This document shows, one piece after another, positions 1-11,720 of a DNA stretch of 64,000 nucleotides (position 1 is its first letter; every line of letters begins with the position of its first letter). Below the pieces are notes generated by a model, which had not been told where the DNA came from, did no database searches, and saw only the letters and a list, made by a program, of their open reading frames with translations. A program made the position numbers and the translations under genes. The stretch is from positions 8,556,001 through 8,620,000 of the forward strand of contig OX597828.1 of assembly GCA_951406725.2 (NCBI GenBank). The letters are read 5' to 3'. This DNA comes from Octopus vulgaris. Taxonomy: Eukaryota.

Positions 1-2602
1 TGGTAGAGGTGAGGTTTGTGGGAGAGGGTGTAAGGGATGGGATGGGGTGGGATGTGAAGGATAGGAAAGGTATATAGGATGTATATATATATATATTACA
101 TCCTCAAATACGTATATATATGAGTTTACATATGTTCAACAATGTATTCAACCATCCGTCCGTCCATCCACCCATACATTCATATATATATGTTTACTCA
201 AGTATGTATAGTATGTATACGCTACTCTGCATTCAGAATTGTATCATTTCTTAATTAATGTTTTAACTTTCTCTTAATTATGGGCGATATTCTTGAACAC
301 TAAATTAATATGCGAATTCATATATATTTCTTTTTCAAGGTGGTGCTTATCATTTTGCCGTTTTCAAGACTTTTCTACCGATTATTTACCGGAATTTCCA
401 CACCTTTCTTGTCACTGAGTTACAATACATTTTCTTTAGTTCCACAAATATTTTAAAGGACCGGTCTTTTATCTGCAACTTAGGATTGTTTATGGAATGA
501 GATTTAGTCGCAGTTTTCTTCTACACCTGCTATAAGCTGGTTGGTGTTCTTGTAGCTAACTCCTACAGTCTTATTCTGTTTTGAGAAATGACATTTCAGC
601 ATAGATATAAAATATTTATCCTTGACCATCTTCTATGTTTAGATCTTTCTAGGGTTGCATTATACAACGTCTCCTACATTATTAAGGACCACTATCAAGG
701 GCCAGTTCCTCCACCAGGAGGCATTCATTCCAATCATCAAACTAAAAATAAACACAGTGACTCCGATCACAAGTTTAGGGAATAAAACTTTAACTCCTTG
801 TCTCAACGATATGTGCAGACATCCTCTCAGCTTAAATTGGTTGGTTACTTGGCTCAACAGGATCACTCCTTATTTTCTATTTGGTGTAATTAATATATTT
901 ATGAATATTGCTATTAAACGTCTCCAGTGGCATCGCAATCACAGAAATGGTATAACGCCAAATTATTTCGCCGAATTTGCTTTAAATCCCTAGTGGCGCA
1001 TCATGGGATTGCTTTAATTGGCCGTATCCACAATTTGCATTGATGTCATGCCAGCAATTAAATTCGATATAATTGTAAATTTCATTTGAATAACAAATTT
1101 CATCACAGCATTTATGCATAAGGTATTCTCTTTGCTTTGGTCGATTCTCATGAATAATGTTTTAAAATTAGTAACTAATGGAATAATGTCTTAAAATTAG
1201 TAACTAATGTATAATGGTAGCTAATGTGTATAAACCAGCGAGTCAATAATGTCATAGCGAAATCTTTGTCTCCATTAACGTATTTAAGGACAAATACATC
1301 TATAATCTCATATGAATTATCTATATGAGATTTGCTGCTGTGAATAAGTTAATAACTATATCATTTCCCACTAAAGTGGCAAACCGTAACATAAGCATTC
1401 TGCTGCCAAATATTGGTATGTTGATTAAGGTCTAAACCATCAAGTAATGTATATATGTACAAGAAATAAATTCTTTTAAAACATGTCAAATATTTCAAAA
1501 TAAATGTCAATAAAATTGAAATATAAAATGCTTGTTATAATTCAGTTTTGTCATCTCACCCGTTATTTGTATTCGTTCATTACCTCTCATATTTCATTCT
1601 TAATTTCATTCAGATTCTAGATTTTCGCTCTTTCTATATCGCCAGTTACTAACATAATTCCTGTTCGAGATGGATGTACTGTATAACGCCGTCCTTATGA
1701 GTACTAGAACTCATAACAGACAAATCTGAGTATCCTCACTGTAATATCTATTACAGTTTAAGCAGTCATTTTCGATAAATTAGTAGCCTTGTCATGCTTC
1801 TCTGCGTTAACTGTTGTTGTTATTTAGTCTCAAGTGAAATTGTTATGAAGCAGACAACAATCATAAGTATACCAATAAGTGTGCCCTGTCTCTTTGGTGT
1901 TGGACTGCGTTAGATAATATATTCCGGCACACATATAAGCAGCAGGGTACGAATTCGATTGAGATTTTGCGACTGATTTTATTATATTGGATCCCTTATA
2001 CATAGACATCCTCGTTGTCTCAGTATTGTTCTTATCAGCTCTGTTAGATTATATGGCTACTAATTCTAGAATAATTGCTACTCCTTCCTGAAATCTGCCC
2101 GATAAAGTATAATCTTTATAATTTCCTTATCTTTGAACGATTCGAGGAATCATACTAAGAGTGTCACTATACGCATCGTAGGTACGTACGACAGTCTCTA
2201 TTTGCTTAGGTATTCTGATAGGTCCAATAACAGCCATGAAAAGGCAGGAGAATTAATAGAAACAACACAGCGATCAACGATAATATTAAAAACATTAACA
2301 CAAAAATAAACAAAACTATTCATGATTAAAATAACAATAACAAAATTACGAACGACAACATCAAGTGGAATATGAAAAGTATCAAATGAACGTCATGTAC
2401 ATTTATTTGAAAGTGAAGAACTTTTTGTTTTAGCAATATGTAACTGGGCAGAGAACTACTTAGAGGATAAGGGCCAGAGATTTCTAATGAAAATCGCCAT
2501 AAAGGATAGAAAGGACAACACCAAGAAGTTACTATTACAACAATAAGAAAGTGACAGCAAGTACGCGGCTAAAAGTTATAGAAGATAGAATATAATAATG
2601 GG

Positions 2603-3788
2603 ATGCAGGAGTGGTCGTATGGTAAGTATCTCGCTTACTCTGTCTTAGAGTGGGAAATTAACCCGCCTAAGCAGTGGTTAAAAGATATGGAGGAGAAGAT
2701 GGTGGTACATAGAACGTATTCTAAAGTTCTTAATTCTATCACCGTCTTCCTAAAACAAGTCATAAAAAATGAACTGAAAGAACATTTGTCCTCTGTAAAA
2801 TATATATCCCGTGGTGTCAAACATGCAACCATATGGTTGCTGTTTGACAACGAGGAAAAGGCTCGCCAGTTTGCGAGTCAGCCTTTAGAAGGCAAGGAAA
2901 TTCTGTTCCTCCCGTCATATTGTGGAAGAAAATTAATACAAGCCTGGGTATGTGGGCTCCCCCCGGGAACCGAAGCGGATTGGATTGAAGATACCATCCG
3001 TCGGGGACTGGGGATGGCGGACCCAGGCTCTTAAATGTAAGAGTATTGCCAGCGGTCGATTGGGAAGAGTCAAAAGCGATTTTGACCCTGTGGACCCCAT
3101 CGGCCGCAATAGAACTGGTTTTTCTAGATTTCTTGAAAACAGCTGGCTGCAGGTATCCGGTGATACTTGAGGGACGTCCCCCAAAGTGTCACTCGTGCCT
3201 GCAGCCAGGCCACATTAAAAGGAACTGCCCCCAGGACCATGGTAAGGTCCTGGAACAGTCACTAGATGCCACCTCCCCTACCCGGTCAAAGGGAGAGGTG
3301 GATGTGGTCGAGGAGGCTTCAGCCTCCTCAACTTCAGAAGGATTAAAAAGGAAGAAGGCGGGCAACAATAAGGCTTCGGAAGGCGGAGGAGAGTCTCCGG
3401 ACAAAGCGGAAGAACTCCACTCTCCCGAAGCCAGGAAGAAAAGAAAAAAGAAGGAAGAAGAACGGGTTATCTCAGCGGGGAGATGATGTGCCGACTGCAT
3501 GTCCCGAAGTTGTGCCATCCACGGTGGAAGAATCCTCCCCCACCCTTAAAGATGATCAATTAATTATCTTTTTCTACAAGGGCGGGGAGGTGGAAAAAAT
3601 AGTAGAAGAACATAAAGAAACATTAGATATGCCCTTCACACAGGATACCGAATGGCCTCCGCAGATAGCTGTGGAGGTCATAAGGTTTCCCTTGTGGGAA
3701 AGGCTTAAAGGATTTGGGGAGGAGTGTCGCATATGGCCTACATGAGTGAGGCATGGGAAATGGATACAGGAACTCAAGCAGCACTGAA
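2603..3788 (+). pseudogene. LINE ORF1/Gag-like protein (N-terminal domain + single CCHC zinc knuckle + K/E-rich linker + C-terminal domain), L1/Tx1-like, frameshifted
   Basis: ORFs 2603-3034, 3046-3486 and 3488-3745 join by single-base shifts in G runs (about 3010-3013 and 3477-3480). The motif CHSCLQPGHIKRNC fits CX2CX4HX4C. The product aligns with a second copy at 4993-5548. TGA at 3743 is possibly a mutated Trp codon. Clade assignment is inference. Confidence 0.8.
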
Positions 3789-4164
3789 GATAATGATGAA
3801 TATATCGATGGATATATCGAAGAGTAGGAAAGACCCTCATTACAGGGTTTGAAACCTCATCTTATTGAATTATTTTATAGTGGTTTATAACCTCAATTTT
3901 GTGCTTTAAGAAAAAAAAAAAAGAAAACATGTTAAGTAAGAGGTTTTGGTGCCTCCCCTTGTAAGAGGTTCGAAACCTCATATTGAATTTAAAAAAAAAA
4001 AAAGAAAATATGTTTTCGAGAAAAATCCAATCGGCGGGTGTTGGGTTTCGTCTCTCATTTATTCATTATATTTAATTTTCATTCATTAATGTATTTGTCC
4101 AGCCCGCAAAGCTCTTTGTACTGTCTATATGACAAATTTATGAAATGAAGTAGCTCGCTTACTT
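2603..4164 (+). mobile_element. Putative ORF1-only (non-autonomous) non-LTR retroelement, copy 1; 5' end undefined
   Basis: The ORF1-like gene is followed by about 380 nt of A-rich 3' region that ends in a terminal module also present at 4320-4466. No endonuclease/RT ORF follows it. Confidence 0.6.
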
Positions 4165-4466
4165 AATGTTTATTGCATGTTATTATGTTTAAGAGGCTTA
4201 ACGCCCCAATTCTTAAATGGACTATTCGTCCAAATATTTGTAAAACTGAAGTAAGAGGTTCATTACCTTGTTTTGTCTTTTTCTGTAGAAAAAAAGAAGA
4301 GAATAATGATTTAGAGAAGTAGAAAATCGGCGGGCGTTTTTTTGTCATCTCGCATTAATATCATCCTTATCATCATTCATATTATCAATGTCTTTGTCTT
4401 TCCCGCAAGCTACTCTGCATCATGCCTTTAAGGCAACATTTTTGAAATAAAGTAGCTTGCTTACTT
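4165..4466 (+). mobile_element. 3' fragment of the same element family
   Basis: Carries GAGGTT hairpin motifs (4191, 4251), AATCGGCGGG...CCCGCAAGCT and TGAAATAAAGTAGCTTGCTTACTT, matching 4029-4164. Confidence 0.65.
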
Positions 4467-4992
4467 CACTGAAGAGTTTGCGGATTTTTTTTACGCTCTG
4501 AAGTCACGTCGTTCTGCATTGTGAATAAATGAATAATCGAAGCACGACTGCCGGTCGTTTTTTGGGGACTCAATGGAGTTATGTTGTCTGCATTAATAAT
4601 TTGTGTTGAACAAGTGTCTGCCTGTGGTCGTGCGAGTAGACTCACTTTGCAATGAGAATTGTGTTTTGGGGAGGCGTATCCCTCCGAAAATTATGAAAAT
4701 TGTGTTCTGTGACTGTGTTTGTGCCCTTGACAAGAAGGATTTACCATTCAGGCAAGGAGTACGGAGACGGAGAGAATTTGTGGAAAATTGGAATTTTTGT
4801 GCTGCGACAAAGAACAAGAATTTGTGGATTACCTGAGTAGGAGAATTGTGTTGCCAGTTGAAATGTCTTCCTTCGTTCTTTCTTCTCTCTTCAGTCTTTC
4901 TGTTCTTTCTTTGAGTTCTTTTTTCATTGACTTTTATTTGAATGTTTTTAGACTTCTCGTTCTTGAACATTTAATTTTATTTGATTGCGAAT

Positions 4993-5548
4993 ATGGCAAC
5001 AAAAAATATCACTTTGGAGTGGAAAATGTGGCCCCCCAAAGAATGGTTAAAAAGTAATACTGAGAGAACAGTGGTGTTAAGGACCTGATCTAGGGTCCTT
5101 GATGCCATCACTGTCTTCTATCAGACAGACATAGAGAGGGAGTTGGCAGATTATTTACCAGCTATTAGATTCATCCAAAGGGGTGTGATGTACGCAACCT
5201 TGAGTGTGCTGTTTGACACCCCTGCAGAAGCTCGTGATTTTTGCGAGCATACCACTGGGGAGAAACAGAATTTTCTCCCCACTTATGAAGGGCGGAGACT
5301 GACAAGAGCTTGGGTCTGTGGGCTGCCACCCGGTATAGAGCCCGAATGGATAGAGGACACTATCCGTCGAGGTCTGGGTGGCAGCACTGCCAAGCTTTTG
5401 AATGTCAAAATCCTGCCTGCGGCTGATTGGGTGGGGTCGAAAGTAATTTTGACCCTATGGACCCAATCAGCCAAAGATCTGGTTTTTTCCAGATTTCCTA
5501 AAGATTGCTGGTTTTAGGTATCCGGTGATTCTTGAGGGACGCCCACCA
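4993..5548 (+). pseudogene. Second, diverged and truncated ORF1-like copy
   Basis: Starts at ATG 4993 (MATKNITLEWKMWPPKEWLK), has an in-frame TGA at 5086 and an extra T near 5485. Shares AWVCGLPPG.E..WIEDTIRRGLG and RYPVILEGRPP with copy 1. Breaks off just before the zinc knuckle. Confidence 0.8.
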
Positions 5549-5828
5549 TTGGTAAGATAGGTCCCGTTAAACTTCTGGAAACAGTTTACTTGAAAAATGA
5601 GGGAAGTGACCTTACGTTTGAGTTTAAGAAAGTGGATTAGTTGACACTTTGCAATCGGATACAAAGTAGCTAGCTTAATAAATCTTGTTAATAAGCACAT
5701 TAACATCGAGGCCAGAAGAAAACCTAAATACAAAACAACACATTAAAGAATATATATGGTGGAATTTGCATGAGTACAATTTTGGGACGACAAGAATGTA
5801 ATTAATTAATAAGAATATATAGATAATT

Positions 5829-6065
5829 TACATTATTTACAATTGTCGATGTTTGTCCTCATCTTGTTTGTTATTAACACAACGCTTCGGCTGATATACT
5901 CTCTAGCCTTCATCAGGTGTCTTGGGGAAGTTTCGAATCTGGGTCGTCATTTCTAAGGGTTTTTCTATGTTGTTATCATTATTATTATTAGATGAGGACA
6001 AATATCCGTCAATTGTAAATAATGTAAGTAATGTACATAATTCCTCATCTCTTAAATATAGAACT
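5829..6065 (-). mobile_element. Penelope-like pLTR fragment with inverted terminal duplication
   Basis: 5829-5864 and 5990-6026 are imperfect inverted repeats enclosing a hammerhead motif, an arrangement typical of Penelope-like elements. Confidence 0.7.
5876..5921 (-). ncRNA. Minimal type I hammerhead ribozyme motif (GAAA mutated to GAAG)
   Basis: Minus strand reads GACAC-CUGAUGA-A-GGCU(agagaguauauc)AGCC-GAAG-CGUU-GUGUU: stem I GACAC/GUGUU, intact CUGAUGA core, stem II GGCU/AGCC, minimal stem III. Confidence 0.75.
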
Positions 6066-6695
6066 CTAAAATATATATAGCAATAACAATACAGAATACT
6101 ATAAAAACAAACAAAAGAAATGATACTAAAAAACATGCGGGAGCTATCGTAGAGGACGATTCAGAACAAGCCACAGAAAATTCTCAAATAAATGGGCCCA
6201 TTAAATCAAAGACAAGTTCCTTCTTCAAAGTCTCACTTCTAACATACAACCATCTATTTAGAAATGACCTTTTTTTTTGGCCAAACTGAATTGTATCTCA
6301 TAATTTTCGCAAGTGACATATAAAATTATGTGTCACCTGAAGATTCATTGAGGTTGAAATGGGAACCTGCATGCATAGTTCACTTTCGCTTATATTACCG
6401 CAGTGTAAAAATTAATTATATTTTTATATTATATTTATCTCGATTTGTATGTAAACACATACAACGTTTTAAGCGCTGGTGGTGTTAATTATACTGTGCT
6501 GTCATATGAGCCTTTTTACATATATAGTTAGAATCGGTAAAATAACGTGTCTCAAATAAGTACTGAGTACGATTAGATGAACTGAATTTTATTGTAAACC
6601 TGAACTCCAGAATCTTCACAATATATTCAGTGACTAAAATGAATAAAAGATAAAAGTATACAAGAAGGTCGTAGCGGATTTCGCTAAATAAAACA

Positions 6696-6917
6696 TTAGT
6701 TGCAGGAGCGAATAAATCTATCAGTACTTCTCTCCCATTCAAATTCCCACAAATCATTACGTTTCTTACTACTTTTCCGCCGTTTAGGCATTTTCTGAGA
6801 TGTCTTATTACATAATCTGCCAAGCTGAAACTTCAGATCATTCCAACACATTGCAAAACACTGGGAAACTCCTCGACAAGAACATTTGGAACACGAGAAA
6901 AAATCTTTGATAGTCAT
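6696..6917 (-). CDS. Candidate 73-aa microprotein (Cys-rich N-terminus, basic KRRKSSKKR stretch)
   Basis: ATG-to-stop ORF in unique sequence, with a good acceptor-like TTTTTGATTCGTTTTCAG upstream (about 6996). Weak end-to-end similarity to the ORF at 12135-12398. No expression evidence. Confidence 0.35.
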   Translation of the reverse strand: MTIKDFFSCSKCSCRGVSQCFAMCWNDLKFQLGRLCNKTSQKMPKRRKSSKKRNDLWEFEWERSTDRFIRSCN

Positions 6918-7469
6918 TACCAGCTGAAGTTGATGTTTTGTTTTGAATGTCTGATAATATTTATATCACTTTGGATATAAATTAATTCACTTTGACTGAA
7001 AACGAATCAAAAATATTTAAAAGATGAATCATTTAAACAGTCATTGTCGGTACAAATCAAAAAATTCGTATAATAATGAAATACACGAAACACCGCACAA
7101 AATCAAACAACGTAATAATCAACTTCTATGGATGTAGACATACGCATGCGCGGTATTTCTAGCATGAATCGTAAGACATTTACGTTTAAAAAAACATCAT
7201 TGACAACGTCATGATATCCAGACGGCATTTATAATTTTGTACAACACAGCAACGTGCATGTTTATTGTATGTGAGTGTGATTATGTGAGTGTATCAATTT
7301 GTATCAGTGTATGAAAATAGGTGAGTGTTTGCGCGTATTTGACATGGGACGGGCATTTTGTTTCTGAAAGTAGAGCAATTAAAAGCAAACAGATAGGTAG
7401 AGCTGACCACATTGACTGAATGTCACAATTACTTAATATATTGCCGCGACCGATTATCCTTAAGTAAAA

Positions 7470-8130
7470 AGAATGAAAAGTTCAATACATCTCACAAATT
7501 CAACTAAATACCGGTTTTATCGAAATATAAGTTCACTCATCATTTCATCCAATTGGTTATGTATTCATCCGCTGTAATTGACTTATCAGGTTTCACGAAA
7601 TAAGTTGATGACATCAGCTCTGGACCACCAACCAGACACCCTCAGCTTTTTTATTTTGATGAATATTCTTTATTGGAATGTGTTTTGGCACTTCGTCTCT
7701 ATCCAACTGCGGTGCAGAACGATTACTATTGTTGAAAAGAATCCATATTTCATCACACGTAGCAACACGATGCAAAAAATGGCTCGCTTTTATACCGTGA
7801 CAGCAAAGAACAGCAAGTTTCAAGACGATGTACCATTTGATGCTCGTTCACTTCGTGTGGTACCCACTTGTCCAGCTTCTTTACCATGCCGATTTGTTTC
7901 AGATGGTCCAAAAGAGTTGGAATTGAAACATGAAATCTTACTGCTAACTCACGCGTAACTTGAGATATAATCTACTTCCACTACACTATCCAATTCATCA
8001 TTATCCACATTGGTCTCAAGTCTACCATGGGGTAGATTTTCCATAGTAAAGTTACCAGACTAGAACTTCACGATAAATTCACGAGACAATTTCATGTTAA
8101 ATTGTATGAAAAGAGAAAATGATTACCTAG
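7470..8130 (-). mobile_element. Decayed mariner transposase fragment
   Basis: Translates to LDKWVPHE.NE and HRVATCDEIWILFNN..RS.PQLDRDEVPKH, which match the mariner WVPHEL and TGDEKW motifs. Confidence 0.85.
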
Positions 8131-8575
8131 TAGTGCTACACTTAATAAGTTATTCTTCTGAGCATGCGTGCTGTGTTGATTAGAAAGAAAAACTATTTGG
8201 AATTATAAAGGTTTTGGTGATTTAAAAAATAATATATATATATGTTTATGCTAAAGCATGAACGTTCTCAAAGGCATATAAAGTCCTTGATATATCTTAA
8301 AACATTCGGGAATGTTCGCATAGACTTACAGTTATATGCGTGTAAAAAACGGAGCATACAGCATCATTTGAAGAAGTTAGACGAAACAGATCCATCTGCA
8401 ACGATTAATCAATGTAATTACTTTTTTTAGCCCGTGAGGAATTATCATTTCGGGGTCATTTTGAATCCGAAGAATGTAATAACCGTCGAAATTATTAAAA
8501 AACTCTTACATTTAATCAGTAAATATAACGAGAAATTGACAAGCCATCACCTATTAGCTATAACATCATATATAT

Positions 8576-8984
8576 ACTCTTACTCTTTTACTCTTTTACT
8601 TGTTTCAGTCATTTGACTGCGGCCATGCTGGAGCACCGCCTTTAGTCGAGCAAATCGACCCCGGGACTTATTCTTGGTAAGCCCAGTACTTATTCTATCG
8701 GTCTCTTTTGCCGAATCGCTAAGTGACGGAGACGTAAACACACCAGCATCGGTTGTCAAGCAATGCTAAGGGGACAAACACAGACACACAAACACACACA
8801 AACATATATATATATATACATATATACGACAGGCTTCTTTCAGTTTCCGTCTACCAAATCCACTCACAAGGCATTGGTCGGCCCGGGGCTATAGCAGAAG
8901 ACACTTGCCCAAGATGCCACGCAGTGGGACTGAACCCGGAACCATGTTGCTGGTTAGCAAGCTACTTACCACACAGCCACTCCT
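8576..8984 (-). mobile_element. SINE family A, full length (tRNA-like head, internal microsatellite, AAAAGAGT tail)
   Basis: Near-identical to the copies at 25150, 45178, 53397 and 60492. Head has box A/B-like GTGGCTGTGTGG and GGTTCAGTCCC. Confidence 0.9.
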
Positions 8985-9134
8985 TTTAGCAATAAATAGT
9001 TGTTGGAGTGTCCCAACAAGAAGGAAATAGTAATAGCGCATGGAAACAATAACTTCAAATATTTCATACACGCTCAACGCCAAAATAAACAGAAAAACAC
9101 ATAACTCATACATACAAATACGCACACAAATTGA

Positions 9135-9352
9135 TAAATAAATAGATAGATAGATAGATAGGTAGGTAGGTAGGTAGGTAGGTAGGTAGGTAGGTAGGTA
9201 GGTAGGTAGGTAGGTAGGTAGGTAGGTAGGTAGGTAGGTAGGTAGGTAGGTAGGTAGGTAGGTAGGTAGGTAGGTAGGTAGGTAGGTAGGTAGGTAGGTA
9301 GGCGGGTAGGTAGGTATGTAGGTAGGTAGGTAGGTAGGTAGGCAGGAAGGTA
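9135..9352. repeat. (GATA)n-(GGTA)n compound microsatellite
   Basis: Read directly from the sequence. Confidence 0.95.
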
Positions 9353-10322
9353 AGTAGTGATGAAATCCTATAAAACACACACATGCTAGTATGTGTCTAT
9401 CTACTTGAGCTACAGAAACAACGGTAAAACATGCAAAAATTCGAACAATGTCTCTCGATCCGAGTTGTTGCAGACTTGTGCTCACCTTCAGAAATGCAGA
9501 GATTCACTGAAAAGCCCGTCGGATAAGTGTTTGCAATACCGTCAATTAACTGATAGCGTGAACACTAAAGATTTTAGTCTGGGTTAGAGGGAATTTTTGT
9601 AGGTATCTCCTTCAGAGAACTTTATTTCTCTTCTTCGCTGAGAAATAAGTTTCATGGTGAATACATGTTCAATGGGTATGTTATAATGCTATTAAAGAAT
9701 CAATTTTCAGCGGGAATTATACAAATGTTTAGGTGTCATCTTTTTTTTTTTGTATTTTTTAAAAATATTTTTCTTTATTTCTCACAAAATCTTACTGCTC
9801 TTTAGATCGAAATAGATCAACTATTTATTGTGCTAAATCTGAAATGTAGAATATATTTTTATGTCCTTCCAACGAACTATTTATTTGATATAAGAGTTAA
9901 ACAAATGTTTCTTGTCTGATATTACAGTTGAAGTATTAGAACAAAATAGATCAAGAAAAACATGAAGAAACTTAGAAAAAATCAATAGAGAGATCAGAAA
10001 TGGGCTGAGCAGCACCATATAGCCAATATCAATTTGTAATCAATCATTCACTGCTTAAAACTTTTTTATTGCATTATTTCCCATTTTCTACATTTGCTTT
10101 GCTTTATGGTTGCAATTCGTGGCTTTGTTAGATGTGCCTGTTTCTAAATACTGTTAATATAAGAAACATTTACGTCAACACTTTCATAGTCTCTCCATCC
10201 TCAGCTTTATTTTTCCACGCTATATTCCATCCCACTGCATTCTTCCCATATATATATGTACTGATAAACACTCGCGGGCACACAAATGAACACACACACG
10301 CACACGCACACATACACACACA

Positions 10323-10362
<40 letters not shown>

Positions 10363-10817
10363 TACACATGAATGTATACATGTATGTGCAGAGAGAAACA
10401 TATTTGTACGAAGAAATTTGTAGCTCATGGCTTCTTATAAAATATATACGTGCGGAGTCAACGAAACAGGTTGTTTTCAGATGCGTGATAGTGTGTACGC
10501 TGTAAATTGGGTCAAGTAATTAATTAACACACAATTTAAAATGCAATATATACTTTTCAATAAAGTTACAATTTTAGCCAACTGTCTAAAAAAAAAAAAA
10601 AGAAATAATGTGTTTGCAACACCATCTTTATTTCGCTGATGACAGAGAAGTGAAGAAATTAATATCTTAAAGCAATTTACAATATATGAGATACAGTAGA
10701 ATAGTGTATCTCTGCGTTCTCTCTCTATTTCCTCCCTCTCCCTCACACTCCTTCCTCCCTCTCACCCCTCTCTCACTATATGTATGTGTGCGTGTGTTTG
10801 TCTCTTGTATTTTCTTT

Positions 10818-11050
10818 CCTTATCTTGTTTCAGTCACTGAACTGCCATCATACTGGTTCATTTCCTTGATGAATTTTAGTCGGACGAATCGATCCTGGTA
10901 TGTATGTTTTACTTTTTTTAAGCCTGGTATTTATTTTATCATCCCTTTTTCCCTACCGCTAACTTACGTGCATATTAAAGCACAAACACTGGTAGTTAAA
11001 CGGTGAAAGAAGACAAACATAGACACAAAGAAACTCAAACATACACACAC
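10818..11050 (-). mobile_element. Degenerate SINE family A 3' half
   Basis: cttgtttcagtca...ccgctaacttacg...gacaaacatagacaca matches the family A tail with many substitutions. Confidence 0.6.
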
Positions 11051-11670
11051 ATTCATTACATGTATTTGTACAGAGACACAAACAGGGTATATTTAGATAT
11101 ATGTCTGTGTGTATTTAATCAAAGAAATTTTAACTTAATCTAGTACGTCCATGCGTTACGCAATAATCAGACTTATAGAGTGACACTCGTGTCACACAAT
11201 CAACAACTAGCACAGTTGTCAATTATGGGACACGTCTGGCGCCGTTATCGATTGTAGAACATAAATGACACTATATCAACCTGATGATTGTGTAACGAAT
11301 GAAAGTACTAGTTTCAATATTGTAAAATCGTATGAGTTGTAAATTTTAAAACGTGAAAATCAGACAAAGTAGGAATTTCATTGATAAATATATATTACTA
11401 TACACAATCATTCAAACTCAGATATATTTATGCATATATACACGCACATGCATACTGACCATTTTCGCACTCTCCTGTTTCAGAAAGCATTTTCTACCCA
11501 TTCCTACTTCCGGTCACTTACTTCAAAAATGTAACCGCACGTGATTGTTGCCGATGTTTTTTTTCTTTCTTCGTCTTGGAATTTCCTTTTGCCTCCTGTT
11601 TACACCGAAGAGCTAAATTCGAAACGCACAACTGAGCGTCTTATTAAAATATTACTCTGTGACTTTTTGA

Positions 11671-11720
<50 letters not shown>

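Noticed and set aside
340-1140. Possible decayed transposase on the minus strand (RDLKQIR motif near 970-990)
   Set aside because: Only one short motif among many stops; not enough to assign.
1153-1210. 29-bp tandem duplication (a similar 23-bp one lies at about 62797-62845)
   Set aside because: Two units, no spacers; ordinary slippage, not CRISPR-like.
4408-4458. Terminal module as a hammerhead ribozyme
   Set aside because: The core reads CTGCATCA / TTGTAC rather than CUGAUGA, and GAAA does not directly follow the inner stem.
5549-5660. Possible ORF2 C-terminal remnant after the truncated ORF1 copy
   Set aside because: The resemblance (KMRE..KWI) is too short and broken to support.
8889-9485. 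198-aa ORF with PTYL repeats, and similar YI/CV/HT/poly-T/poly-H ORFs across the window
   Set aside because: Translations of microsatellites, often fused to SINE sequence.
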